A stretch of 64,000 bases of DNA from Escherichia phage AnYang: sequence record MK234886, one strand, 5' to 3'. The position numbers were made by a program, and so were the translations under genes. Positions 30,474-40,317 of this stretch are shown piece after piece. Each line of letters opens with the position of its first letter. Within the stretch, counting starts at the first letter, position 1. The notes beneath the pieces are model-generated. The model did not search any database. It saw only the letters and a list, made by a program, of their open reading frames with translations, and had not been told where the DNA came from.

Positions 30474-30698
30474 TTAAAGTACTAACAGCGTACGGTATAC
30501 TTCAAATTTAGGACCCTTTTCATAGCGGTCAAAATTATCTTTAAAATCGGCGAACGCGATTTCATTTTCAAATTCAAGGACAATTTGGGACACTGCAGTG
30601 GAGACATCGCCACCTTCTTTATATCCAATAACCACGGTTTCTAAATAAGCTTTCATATTATAGTCCAGTTTGAGACCAATCACCGAATACATCTTCAA
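30474..30698 (-). CDS. Hypothetical small protein between ligase and alt
   Basis: ORF overlapping the ligase 3' end; a start at MKAYLE (30656) would be coupled to the ligase stop; no recognised domain. Confidence 0.4.
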   Translation of the reverse strand: MKMYSVIGLKLDYNMKAYLETVVIGYKEGGDVSTAVSQIVLEFENEIAFADFKDNFDRYEKGPKFEVYRTLLVL

Positions 30699-32181
30699 AT
30701 GTATCAGCTTCTGTTTTATCGAAACGCCAACCTTTAATGATTGGAAGGAAAATACCTACAGTATCAGTACGTCCTTTAGAATGAACCCAACCATTACATT
30801 CACAGTCAGCAATACGTCCAATCAACTTACCTTCACGAGCTTGTTTCATAAGAAGTTCACGGTCTAAATCAGGACGGTCTTCCAATGGAATCAATACCTT
30901 TTTACCTGATTTATCTTTCTTATGGGTAGTATCTTTAAAGCCTGAACCACAGTCACTTGTAATTCGACGACAACGCGATACCAATTCAACACCACCAAGT
31001 TTGTTAGGGTCCTTCGAGTGTTCATAATAACCTACCACTTCTAAAGCAATATCGATTACTTCTTTGAACTTGATAAGATTCTTAGAACGGCGGTTTTCCC
31101 AGTAGGAGTCCATGTTCTTAAGGATAATGCCTTCCAAACCTTGGTCGACATATTTCTTATAAACGACTTTAGCTTCTTCAAGATTATTAACCCACTGGTT
31201 TTCGATAGCTTCAACACGCGTTGTACCATGCAATACGACATTATGAGCAACCATAAGTTCTAAGGCAGTAAAGCGTACATCGTACTTATCGCCTTTAATT
31301 TTACCTTCGGAATATACGACATCTAATGGGACATAATCCCATGCCTGCAATACCATACCTGCTGCTTCGGTTGAAGTAATAGTTCCTTGAAGAGCTTTGT
31401 TAGCCAAGCCATTTGAAGTGGAACGATCGGCTACGGTTTGGAATTCCTTAGCTTTACTTAATTCAGGAAGTTCCTCATCAAACATACTAAACAAATCATT
31501 AGATGCTTTAGGTTCTACTTTAGGAGTATGGTAAACTAATTCGCCGTCAATCATAACACCATTAGGATGGCGTTGTCGAGCTTCTTCGGTCATAGCCATT
31601 AATTCGGCAGCCAAAAGATTAAGCCCTTGATATTCGTTACCACCACGAGTAAGGAATGTCACACCATCATTACGAACTTCAGCAAAACAACGAGCACCGT
31701 CAGCTTTTAATTGAGCAAACGCAGGCCATTTAATATTTTTCTTAATCAAATCTTCATCATAAGAACTAGCCAACATCTGTGGTTGTTCAGGGATTAAACC
31801 TTTCCAAACCTTGTTAGCAATAGAAATCGATGCACCGCATTCAAGGTCACGCATCATTACACGACGTAATACCTCCGCATCCGGGGCCTTAGCATCGGCA
31901 ATGATTTGAGCCAGTTCTTCAATAGCTGCATTACCCGTAATCTTACGAGTGGCTAATGTGAATTCAGCGAAATCAAGAAGGTCTTCAAGAGTAATCATAC
32001 CAAAGGATTGAGACGTAAATCCAGGTTCTGGCCACTTTTTAATACCGTAGTTCAAACGACGAGTATAAGCCATATGATATACACGTTTCAGAAGCTCGTT
32101 ATCCTTTTCACGAGCAATAATAGCTTCTTTAGCTTTAGTAGAATCAATAGCAGCAATTTCGTTTAAAATATCTAAAATCAT
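30658..32181 (-). CDS. 30: ATP-dependent DNA ligase gp30
   Basis: ILDILNEIAAIDSTK...NIKWPAFAQLKADGARCFAEVR (adenylation lysine motif KADG)...GLEGIILKN...ECNGW matches T4 DNA ligase; start set at MILDIL (RBS GAGGTG), the ORF opens at 32220. Confidence 0.93.
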   Translation of the reverse strand: MILDILNEIAAIDSTKAKEAIIAREKDNELLKRVYHMAYTRRLNYGIKKWPEPGFTSQSFGMITLEDLLDFAEFTLATRKITGNAAIEELAQIIADAKAPDAEVLRRVMMRDLECGASISIANKVWKGLIPEQPQMLASSYDEDLIKKNIKWPAFAQLKADGARCFAEVRNDGVTFLTRGGNEYQGLNLLAAELMAMTEEARQRHPNGVMIDGELVYHTPKVEPKASNDLFSMFDEELPELSKAKEFQTVADRSTSNGLANKALQGTITSTEAAGMVLQAWDYVPLDVVYSEGKIKGDKYDVRFTALELMVAHNVVLHGTTRVEAIENQWVNNLEEAKVVYKKYVDQGLEGIILKNMDSYWENRRSKNLIKFKEVIDIALEVVGYYEHSKDPNKLGGVELVSRCRRITSDCGSGFKDTTHKKDKSGKKVLIPLEDRPDLDRELLMKQAREGKLIGRIADCECNGWVHSKGRTDTVGIFLPIIKGWRFDKTEADTFEDVFGDWSQTGL

Positions 32182-32191
32182 AATCACCTCA

Positions 32192-32470
32192 TTAGTCATG
32201 GATTCTATTATAAGCCACATCAGCCAAAAGCAAGTCTAATCGCTTATGATAAGAGAACACAAATCTCATTCGCCCGTCGGATTTGAACTTGGACATAAAG
32301 TGGACATAAATGAATCCCTGTTCGACGCATTCACGCCAAACAGGATGGTCTTTAGCCGGATTTACATCAAATGAGTAATTATGATTCACATGACGAATAA
32401 ACTGGTTTACATGACCATAATCCATTGTAGTGGTAGGACCATAGTCTGAAATTGTATGAACTACAAACAT
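32192..32470 (-). CDS. Hypothetical protein (92 aa)
   Basis: ORF with GAGGT RBS, start overlaps the stop of the upstream HAD-like gene; His-rich; in the T4 30.x region. Confidence 0.5.
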   Translation of the reverse strand: MFVVHTISDYGPTTTMDYGHVNQFIRHVNHNYSFDVNPAKDHPVWRECVEQGFIYVHFMSKFKSDGRMRFVFSYHKRLDLLLADVAYNRIHD

Positions 32471-32471
32471 A

Positions 32472-33110
32472 TTAACCTCGAGCAATCCATTCAACTGCGG
32501 CATTATTACGAAGGGATTCAATTGCTGCGATATCGTCCCATGAATTAACCTTTACGGCCAAATTAGGTTTAAAGTCGCGTTCACCACGAGCTAACCAATA
32601 AACTTGGATATCCATGAGAACATTAGATGCGGCATCACAGTGGTGAGCCAAATCATCAACATAAAACTTAATACGTTTACCGTACGTATTTTTAGCTCTT
32701 ATGAAGAGGTCTTCTTTTGATTCTGAATGACCGCACATCAGAATCTCCTTGAATGCGCCAGGGAACAAAGCATTCAAATTGAATTGTCTATTCAGCAGAG
32801 CATCAATTGAGTCGCCTAGCGCAGTCACGGCTACAAAATCGAAGTCTTTTTTGAGCTTGTTGATATGTTTTAATGCGTCCATGTAAGGAGACAGATAACG
32901 AATAAAATCCGACTGATTATATTTCTCGATTAAACGAGCGCCCAATTCATTATCGCAATTAAACAGCTCGCCTGGAGATAAGAAACGTTCGTCCTGAATC
33001 ATATTCAAAATATGTTCTAAAGGCAAATTATATTTCTGTGCGAAATAAGGCAAGCCGGACTGCCAACTTAAACATACTCCATCGATATCTGTTAAGATAA
33101 CTGGTTTCAT
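32472..33110 (-). CDS. HAD-superfamily hydrolase-like protein (putative nucleotidase/phosphatase)
   Basis: N-terminal ILTDIDGV motif (HAD motif I, DxDG) and a later acidic motif FYVDDLAHH; family assignment is by motif only. Confidence 0.5.
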   Translation of the reverse strand: MKPVILTDIDGVCLSWQSGLPYFAQKYNLPLEHILNMIQDERFLSPGELFNCDNELGARLIEKYNQSDFIRYLSPYMDALKHINKLKKDFDFVAVTALGDSIDALLNRQFNLNALFPGAFKEILMCGHSESKEDLFIRAKNTYGKRIKFYVDDLAHHCDAASNVLMDIQVYWLARGERDFKPNLAVKVNSWDDIAAIESLRNNAAVEWIARG

Positions 33111-33559
33111 AATAAATCTCTCAATTTGTTTAGGATGTCGATAAACTCTTTTTCAGTTAGTATTGTATCACATTCTGTAAGGTGGCTTGCCATCGAATGC
33201 TTTAAAACTTTACCTTTAGTGGATTGTAACGCATCGCGGAATCCTTTGTTCTGGAGCGCTGCTTCAAAATACGCACTTTCGTAAAGCTCTTTCCACGCTG
33301 TGGAGTATCTTGAAAACGGAGTTCCAAGCCAGAACAACGTGCCACGGTCCTGAGCCCTAGCATAAGCTCGTCCAGCTTTTTGCGCGTCCAACCCAGACAT
33401 CTCAAATATACGTCTTTGCTGTTCAACATTTTTCACCTTACACCCTTGGAGGAATCCTTCGAGTCCACCAAATTGGATACCGTCCATAACGAAAGGCCAT
33501 TTGGCAAAGTTACTTAATGCACATGATGGCCATGGGAAGTTGCTTCTGATTTCAATCAT
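33107..33559 (-). CDS. NADAR (YbiA-like, DUF1768) domain protein, putative ADP-ribose-processing hydrolase
   Basis: SNFAKWPFVMDGIQFGGLEGFLQGCKV resembles the conserved SNFxxWP...DG...E...Q..K core of E. coli YbiA; about 150 aa, the size of a NADAR domain. Confidence 0.5.
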   Translation of the reverse strand: MIEIRSNFPWPSCALSNFAKWPFVMDGIQFGGLEGFLQGCKVKNVEQQRRIFEMSGLDAQKAGRAYARAQDRGTLFWLGTPFSRYSTAWKELYESAYFEAALQNKGFRDALQSTKGKVLKHSMASHLTECDTILTEKEFIDILNKLRDLL

Positions 33560-33750
33560 AGTCTTTTAAGGCTTTTGATAACTTCTAATTCAGACCCAAT
33601 ACGAACATCTTCAGTTCCATCGACCCATAGGACGGTGTAGGCTTCTTTAATAGTAACATTACCTAATTTAAAAGCAGGTAGAACCTTGGAAATCATACCA
33701 GGAATACCTATACCCTTTAATTGGACTGTTTGCGATAAGAATAGTTGCAT
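33556..33750 (-). CDS. Hypothetical small protein (64 aa)
   Basis: ORF in operon-like overlap with flanking genes; no recognised domain. Confidence 0.4.
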   Translation of the reverse strand: MQLFLSQTVQLKGIGIPGMISKVLPAFKLGNVTIKEAYTVLWVDGTEDVRIGSELEVIKSLKRL

Positions 33751-34037
33751 TAGAACCTCATCTGAAAGCCGTGCGATTTAACATTGCCACCATAGATGTC
33801 AGAGGTATTGACTTCACGTGCAGCGCTTGGGTCGATATTGATGTCGTGGTTGAGCTTAGTGATTGCTAGGGTATCACGACCATTAACAGTACGGAATTCT
33901 ACAGGGCATACAACATCGGCATAAGCCTTAATAGATTCACGAGTAGGTTGTTTGTCGGCAGGAACGTCTTTACCTGCTTTAGAGAAAACAACTTCACAGA
34001 AATTTTTACGAGTATCGAAATAAGTGGTCATAAACAT
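33750..34037 (-). CDS. Hypothetical protein (about 95 aa)
   Basis: Start set at MFMTTYF (RBS GAGG); the ORF opens with GTG at 34097 inside the predicted promoter. Confidence 0.5.
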   Translation of the reverse strand: MFMTTYFDTRKNFCEVVFSKAGKDVPADKQPTRESIKAYADVVCPVEFRTVNGRDTLAITKLNHDINIDPSAAREVNTSDIYGGNVKSHGFQMRF

Positions 34038-34055
34038 AATATTTTCCTCATCATT

Positions 34056-34097
34056 AGTTGATAAATCTATAGTATCATGCCTACCGGAGATGTACAC
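34056..34097 (-). promoter_or_regulatory. T4-type early promoter for the 33750-34037 gene
   Basis: Minus strand: GTGTACA, spacer, TGaTACTATAG, followed by TATCAACTAATGATGAGG and the ATG. Confidence 0.5.
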
Positions 34098-34112
34098 CCT
34101 TTTTTTAAAGAT

Positions 34113-34145
34113 TTAGAAACAAAAATGGGACTCCGAAGAGTCCCA
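34113..34145 (-). terminator. Rho-independent terminator after the small basic protein gene
   Basis: TGGGACTC-ttcg-GAGTCCCA hairpin followed by TTTTTGTTT on the minus strand, 5 nt after the stop. Confidence 0.7.
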
Positions 34146-34149
34146 TAAC

Positions 34150-34311
34150 TTATGCCTGAGGCTTACCAAAGCAAGCAGCATCTGCACGCAATACCGCACG
34201 AGCACGAGCTTGAAGCTTATCAACTACCTGATCGATACGCTTGTTGGACGCACGCTTGTAACCAGCGCGTTTAGAGGTACCGTCAACTACTTTAACTTCT
34301 TTCTTAGCCAT
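34150..34311 (-). CDS. Small basic protein (53 aa), unknown function
   Basis: ORF MAKKEVKVVDGTSKRAGYKRASNKRIDQVVDKLQARARAVLRADAACFGKPQA; codons typical of highly expressed genes; own terminator; below the ORF-track size cut-off. Confidence 0.45.
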   Translation of the reverse strand: MAKKEVKVVDGTSKRAGYKRASNKRIDQVVDKLQARARAVLRADAACFGKPQA

Positions 34312-34466
34312 TTTAAATCTCTTAAATTAGAATGCAGGACTTATTGGCGTTGCCTGCGCAAGCCCTCAAGGGGAACATAGGTTTCAAATATTTAACGACA
34401 GGATAACCGTAAACCTCGTCATCATACCGACCACGACTTAGACAGATAACCTTTTTCTGACGCGTG

Positions 34467-34495
34467 ATAGTACAAAATACATTCAAGAGGTACAC
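34467..34495 (-). promoter_or_regulatory. Early-type promoter within the rIII-downstream intergenic region
   Basis: Minus strand: GTGTACC, 15 nt, TTGTACTAT; would give a leader of about 150 nt for the small basic protein gene. Confidence 0.4.
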
Positions 34496-34578
34496 CGTAA
34501 AATTGTCGGGGCGGTACTTCTAAAATATACCGATTCGTAAATCGGTAATCAGACAATTCGACGGCTCCTCGATTTAAT

Positions 34579-34827
34579 TTACTTCAGGGTAATAATAAAA
34601 TGACGTACTGCTTTACGAGCCGCTGAAGCCAAAGGCTTAGCAAATTTCAGTTCATCTTTAGCTTCCAGTTCAGCAGCCAGAGTAGCCTGAGCCGGATTAA
34701 GATGTTTGAAATAACGCAGGATTTCCAGTGCTTCGGCTTCAACATCAATAGATGCGCCATAGTTTTCGTGACCGTTGTTCCAAGCGTTGCGTTGCAGTTC
34801 AAGAGCGTGATTCAGTTGTTTGTTCAT
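34579..34827 (-). CDS. rIII: rIII lysis-inhibition accessory protein
   Basis: 82 aa, same length and position (just downstream of gene 31) as T4 rIII. Confidence 0.75.
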   Translation of the reverse strand: MNKQLNHALELQRNAWNNGHENYGASIDVEAEALEILRYFKHLNPAQATLAAELEAKDELKFAKPLASAARKAVRHFIITLK

Positions 34828-34965
34828 TTTAGTTTCTCAATTCGAGATAAAGATTGGCGAGCACGTTCGTCTCAGTATTTCCAGCTGAGTTGTATCTCGC
34901 CGTATGGAAGAGGCTAACCCCATACACCAACCGAAGTTCTGTATGACATCAACCTCTTCGTAATT

Positions 34966-35289
34966 TTATTTATACAAGCAAGGAATTGCTTTATAATGAC
35001 AGGTAACGAATTTTTGTTTAATTTCTTTAGGCTGCTTAATACCTAGAGCAACTAAAGGATGAGGCACGTTAGCAATCTTACCAACAGGAAGTGGAGTCAA
35101 ATCACCTACTTCACAAAAATCTTCAGGGACATCAGGTCCCACAGAATAAATTTCACAAAGTTCAGGGATTTCGCCTTGATGGAGTTTGCCAATAACGATA
35201 CCAGATGCAGTAGTTTCTTCATCACCAGCTTGTTTTGGTTCGGAAACGAGAATAACATATTCTCCGACCGCTTTAATAGGAAGTTCCAT
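34966..35289 (-). CDS. 31: gp31 co-chaperonin (GroES analogue) for capsid folding
   Basis: [28 protein letters not shown]...[23 protein letters not shown] nearly identical to T4 gp31. Confidence 0.93.
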   Translation of the reverse strand: MELPIKAVGEYVILVSEPKQAGDEETTASGIVIGKLHQGEIPELCEIYSVGPDVPEDFCEVGDLTPLPVGKIANVPHPLVALGIKQPKEIKQKFVTCHYKAIPCLYK

Positions 35290-35347
35290 ATTTAATCCAT
35301 ATTGTTTTGTTGATAGATTAATAATAACACGCTATTCTTAAAGCATA

Positions 35348-35644
35348 TTACAGGACAAGCAGAGTTTCGGTCTGAAGGCCGTTAACAGAAATCAGCTTAT
35401 CGAAACGGAATGAACGCCATTGTTGAAGGTCGACATCAAAAACATATAGAGAATTACGTGGACCCTGTTTACCTGTTTGAGATTTGAAGTCTTCCTTTTT
35501 AGGAAGAAGGTCTAAGTCACGAGTGCATTTAAGACGACGGATATTACCATTAATCTTTTCAAACACCACTTCGTGAGTACCCACAGACAAAATAGTCTTG
35601 ACTTTTTCACGGAGACGAATAGTTTCTTGTTCAGTTAAAATCAT
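35348..35644 (-). CDS. Hypothetical protein (98 aa), 31.1-like position
   Basis: ORF between gene 31 and cd; no recognised domain. Confidence 0.5.
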   Translation of the reverse strand: MILTEQETIRLREKVKTILSVGTHEVVFEKINGNIRRLKCTRDLDLLPKKEDFKSQTGKQGPRNSLYVFDVDLQQWRSFRFDKLISVNGLQTETLLVL

Positions 35645-35646
35645 AA

Positions 35647-35880
35647 TTATTCCAGAATAGTTTTGATAGTGGTTGCGTTACGCTCTTTTAGAGCTCTTAA
35701 TAGGTTATGACAATTTTCAAGAATAGGCACCGTTTTGTAGTTCATGTTGGCATAAACCCACTCGGATTTATAGTACGATTTCCAACGAGAGAAAAAGTAC
35801 TTTTTATATTCTACTGAATAGGCTATCAGGTTTTCACCTTTTGAGTTCAGACCTGAAAACTTAACTAAACGAAATTTCAT
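35647..35880 (-). CDS. Hypothetical protein (77 aa), 31.2-like position
   Basis: Lys/Tyr-rich ORF, stop overlaps the start of cd. Confidence 0.45.
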   Translation of the reverse strand: MKFRLVKFSGLNSKGENLIAYSVEYKKYFFSRWKSYYKSEWVYANMNYKTVPILENCHNLLRALKERNATTIKTILE

Positions 35881-36425
35881 TATTCACCACAATAGTTTTG
35901 AATTGATTCCCAGTTCAAAGAACGGAGACCTGTACGGTTATACTGGATAACTTCGATGCCTGATTCACGGAGGATATCGTCCCAACCTTCAGGATTTCGG
36001 TCATAGAGCTCAGCATAAACCAATGTTTTAATTCCTGACTGCGCAATAGACTTAGCACAATCAGCGCACGGAGATAATGTCACGTACATCGTAGCGCCAT
36101 CAATAGAACTTCCGGTACGAGCTGCAAACAAAATAGCATTCAGTTCAGCATGGATTTCATTTTTAGATGACCATGCAGCGTGAGCCATACGGTGTTCTTT
36201 AAGAAGAACGGATTTATGCGACATCCGTGTCGGGTCATACACAACACGAGTCCAGTCCTGTTCCACAGCATGGTCGCAACAGTTAACACCACCAGACGGT
36301 GAACCGTTATAGCCTGTAGAGATAATGCGACCATTCTTTTCGATAACCGCACCCACTTTCCATGAACAACATTTTGATTCTTGAGAAATCAGATATGCAA
36401 TCTGAAGGTATGTGCTTGCTTTCAT
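35880..36425 (-). CDS. cd: dCMP deaminase
   Basis: Cytidine/dCMP deaminase zinc motifs HAELNAI and SPCADCAK; position as T4 cd. Confidence 0.9.
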   Translation of the reverse strand: MKASTYLQIAYLISQESKCCSWKVGAVIEKNGRIISTGYNGSPSGGVNCCDHAVEQDWTRVVYDPTRMSHKSVLLKEHRMAHAAWSSKNEIHAELNAILFAARTGSSIDGATMYVTLSPCADCAKSIAQSGIKTLVYAELYDRNPEGWDDILRESGIEVIQYNRTGLRSLNWESIQNYCGE

Positions 36426-36763
36426 TACATCACCACTAGATAAGCTGTATTATTGGTTTCGACACGATATAAATCGGTACGAAGTTTAGTGATAGATTTC
36501 ACACGTGAGGTTAATATACTATAACCGTCTGGGAAGCGTTTTTGTTTATCGAAAAATACCGCCGCCGGAATTCGATCACCAATTTCAACCGGAAGAACAG
36601 TAGCCAGCACAGCATCATATGTTGAAGTATGGATGCTTTGGAAATCTTCACTCAGTTTAAAAAGGTCTTTGATGTACTGAGTAGCCTTTTCAGAGAGACC
36701 TCGATGGTCTCCGTCTTCGTCAGAATGTAAGGTGGCATTAACTGCCAGTTTTAAATTAAGCAT
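36425..36763 (-). CDS. Hypothetical protein (cd.x position)
   Basis: Start set at MLNLKL, 8 nt overlap with the upstream stop; the ORF opens at 36796. Confidence 0.45.
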   Translation of the reverse strand: MLNLKLAVNATLHSDEDGDHRGLSEKATQYIKDLFKLSEDFQSIHTSTYDAVLATVLPVEIGDRIPAAVFFDKQKRFPDGYSILTSRVKSITKLRTDLYRVETNNTAYLVVM

Positions 36764-36992
36764 CAATATACACCCGCTGCGCTTCGACCAAACCATCTGA
36801 ACCGAGTTTCAACTGGGTAATCTGGTCGCCATTTTTAGGATTAACGATAACCAATACCGCACGTGGTGATTCCTGAATTACTCGCAGAGTTGCGTCAGGA
36901 AAACGTATAGAAACCTTATTAATCAGGGCCTGAGCAAATTCTTTAACTTTAACTTGGAATTGCTCTACAGTAATAGGTTGTTCGCTCAGCAT
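36756..36992 (-). CDS. Hypothetical protein (78 aa)
   Basis: ORF in an overlapping gene chain; no recognised domain. Confidence 0.45.
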   Translation of the reverse strand: MLSEQPITVEQFQVKVKEFAQALINKVSIRFPDATLRVIQESPRAVLVIVNPKNGDQITQLKLGSDGLVEAQRVYIDA

Positions 36993-37546
36993 TAGATTGT
37001 CTCCAACTTAAGTTGTTTGGTAGTGGTAGCTTGGGTAACGTCGCCTTTAACAATATAACACACTTGTTGGAACGAACCGGTCAAAAGCTCTTCAGCCTGT
37101 CGATCCGCTTGTTCCTTTGTGTTATGGCGAGAATGAACTTCAATCTTACCATTTTTAACAATAAGCACTTTCCAATCGGCCGGAGTTTTAATAGGTTTGA
37201 TTTCAGGGTTCTGGAAAACTAACTGCAATTCTTTAGGGTCTACCACTTCAATAAAGTATTCGAATTCATGGCTAAAAAAGCCCGCTGAATTAAAAAGAAC
37301 ACTATTTGCATCATCAGGATTACCTGTCATTTTGCTCGGGTCGACAAACATCATCTCGTCATATACACGAATTCGGCTTACGCGTTCACGCCCATTATGA
37401 TAATCAATTTCAACTTCAAACGGATTCATACCCACATACTTAGCAAAAGCTGTATTGAGGCCATAAGCACCGTTATTAGTGAATTTGTTTTTAGTGTATT
37501 CACCAACGAACTTGTAAAACTTACGCTCTTCAAAGAACTTACTCAT
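36992..37546 (-). CDS. Hypothetical protein (184 aa)
   Basis: ORF with coding-like composition; no recognised domain. Confidence 0.5.
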   Translation of the reverse strand: MSKFFEERKFYKFVGEYTKNKFTNNGAYGLNTAFAKYVGMNPFEVEIDYHNGRERVSRIRVYDEMMFVDPSKMTGNPDDANSVLFNSAGFFSHEFEYFIEVVDPKELQLVFQNPEIKPIKTPADWKVLIVKNGKIEVHSRHNTKEQADRQAEELLTGSFQQVCYIVKGDVTQATTTKQLKLETI

Positions 37547-37613
37547 TTCGATTTCCTCATTTGTTTCGGTAAGGTCATCATATCACCGTCCTTGGTGAAA
37601 GTAAACACCTTTT

Positions 37614-37892
37614 TTAAATAGCTTCGACAACTACCGTTTGTTTCTGGAAGTCCATTTTGCATGAAATAGCCAAAATGTGGTTATCAATTTTAAATGGAAC
37701 AATTGCAAATGCTGCACCAGGCGTGAGTTGAACAGTGATTGCATCAACTGCATCTGGGAACATGATTTCCAGAATAGCAGACAAACGACCGTGCACTTTT
37801 AGTTCAGTCGACACGTCGACAGTTTCGTATAGATAATCAGATACAATCTGACTAAAAACTACTTTAACAATTTCAGAATAAGTAGGGAACAT
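37614..37892 (-). CDS. Hypothetical protein (92 aa)
   Basis: ORF; no recognised domain. Confidence 0.45.
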   Translation of the reverse strand: MFPTYSEIVKVVFSQIVSDYLYETVDVSTELKVHGRLSAILEIMFPDAVDAITVQLTPGAAFAIVPFKIDNHILAISCKMDFQKQTVVVEAI

Positions 37893-37899
37893 AATTACC

Positions 37900-38115
37900 T
37901 CAGTGTACGGTATGGACCTTCACGTTAACAATAAACCGGTCAACGACTTCAGTCAGAGGAACAAACTCAACATAGTACTCGCCTTTGTAACGTTCATTGA
38001 GGTCATTACGAAGGGCCGCTAGTGAGTTAATGAGGGTAGGAGACATATTCTGACCTACCAGTTTCTGAAGCTCTTTATAAGCTTCTTCTTCAACTTCATG
38101 GTGTTTGTTATACAT
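37900..38115 (-). CDS. Hypothetical protein (about 71 aa)
   Basis: Start set at MYNKHHEV (ATG overlaps the upstream TAA); the ORF opens at 38220. Confidence 0.4.
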   Translation of the reverse strand: MYNKHHEVEEEAYKELQKLVGQNMSPTLINSLAALRNDLNERYKGEYYVEFVPLTEVVDRFIVNVKVHTVH

Positions 38116-38304
38116 AATGTTCTTCCAAGAAGGCAAGGAGTTCAGGAGCGGATTTAAAAATACCACCATCGACCTTGTCTTCATCTTTATAGTCCATAAC
38201 ATCCAGGCCAATACGTCCATCAGTTAAAGGCCATACGCCGAAGAAAAAGCATTTACGTTTTTCAATTTCTTCGATTGTACGAAAAATCTTTTCGATATTA
38301 TTCA

Positions 38305-38305
<1 letters not shown>
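38108..38305 (-). CDS. Hypothetical protein (about 65 aa), coupled to the pseT stop
   Basis: Start set at MNNIEKIF (TAATG overlap with the pseT stop); the ORF opens at 38335. Confidence 0.4.
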
Positions 38306-39509
<1,204 letters not shown>

Positions 39510-39572
39510 AATAATTTCCTCAATTTTTATAATCCGTAGGAGCATTATACTCTGCTCCCAAGAGTTTGTAAA

Positions 39573-39680
39573 CTACTTTCCAAAAATACCATTCATACAC
39601 AGGCTGAACACGATACCAAAGCAAAAGAATGCAGCGCCAAATCTAACGGCATCCCAACCGCAAACACATGTCTCAATCAT
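39573..39680 (-). CDS. Possible small hydrophobic peptide (35 aa) coupled to the o-spanin stop
   Basis: ATG overlaps the o-spanin TGA (ATGA); MIETCVCGWDAVRFGAAFFCFGIVFSLCMNGIFGK; speculative. Confidence 0.25.
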   Translation of the reverse strand: MIETCVCGWDAVRFGAAFFCFGIVFSLCMNGIFGK

Positions 39681-39967
39681 TTGCACTTCTCCTCTTTTAG
39701 GCCGGAACGATAATAACATAACATAGATTTCTGGTCTTGTACATATCTTTTTACGTCATTCAACCAAATACGATGTTCTTGGGAATCTTCAAATGGCATT
39801 CCAACCCAAGCTTTACCATCGATTACCTTAACCTGCCATTTAACATTATGTTCGGCGATAGGTTGTGGCCATGAAGGATGCAGTTGTTGCTTAGGCACTA
39901 CAGGGATGTCCTGGGCACATCCAACTAACAAGCCAATAGATAATACTACCACAGATAATTTAATCAT
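39677..39967 (-). CDS. Outer-membrane spanin (Rz1-like lipoprotein; T4 pseT.2 equivalent)
   Basis: Lipoprotein signal with lipobox LLVGC (MIKLSVVVLSIGLLVGCAQD); adjacent to the i-spanin gene with a 4-nt overlap. Confidence 0.7.
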   Translation of the reverse strand: MIKLSVVVLSIGLLVGCAQDIPVVPKQQLHPSWPQPIAEHNVKWQVKVIDGKAWVGMPFEDSQEHRIWLNDVKRYVQDQKSMLCYYRSGLKEEKCK

Positions 39968-40317
39968 TCTGTAATGCTCCTGAAGTCTTCTGTAAAGGAA
40001 TCGAAGGACTTGTTGATTTGTTTTTCGACCAGTCCTGGCTTACTTGCCACCACGTGCGCCTTCTTCGAATCTTTACGGAGCTTTTCATTTTCTACCTTAA
40101 TTTTATCCATTCGGGCATTCATTTCAGTAGTACGGAATTCAATATCCGAGTATTGGCCACGAAGGTCATCCACGGCTTCGGCGTTCTGTTTGGCCGTTTG
40201 CTGGGTTGTTTTCAGTTCTTCGGTTAATGTATCAATACGGCTTGATTGATACGAAATAAAACCGTAAGCACCTACTGCAATGGCTCCAGCTAAAAGGTAA
40301 ATACTTAATTTAGACAT
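39964..40317 (-). CDS. Inner-membrane spanin (Rz-like; T4 pseT.3 equivalent)
   Basis: N-terminal transmembrane helix (IYLLAGAIAVGAYGFI) then charged coiled-coil-like region; upstream of the lipoprotein gene. Confidence 0.7.
   Translation of the reverse strand: MSKLSIYLLAGAIAVGAYGFISYQSSRIDTLTEELKTTQQTAKQNAEAVDDLRGQYSDIEFRTTEMNARMDKIKVENEKLRKDSKKAHVVASKPGLVEKQINKSFDSFTEDFRSITE

Noticed and set aside
34321-34578. Possible tRNA or other known RNA gene in the long intergenic region
   Set aside because: No cloverleaf-compatible arrangement or T-loop (GTTCRANYC) motif was found on either strand; retained only as an unexplained structured region.
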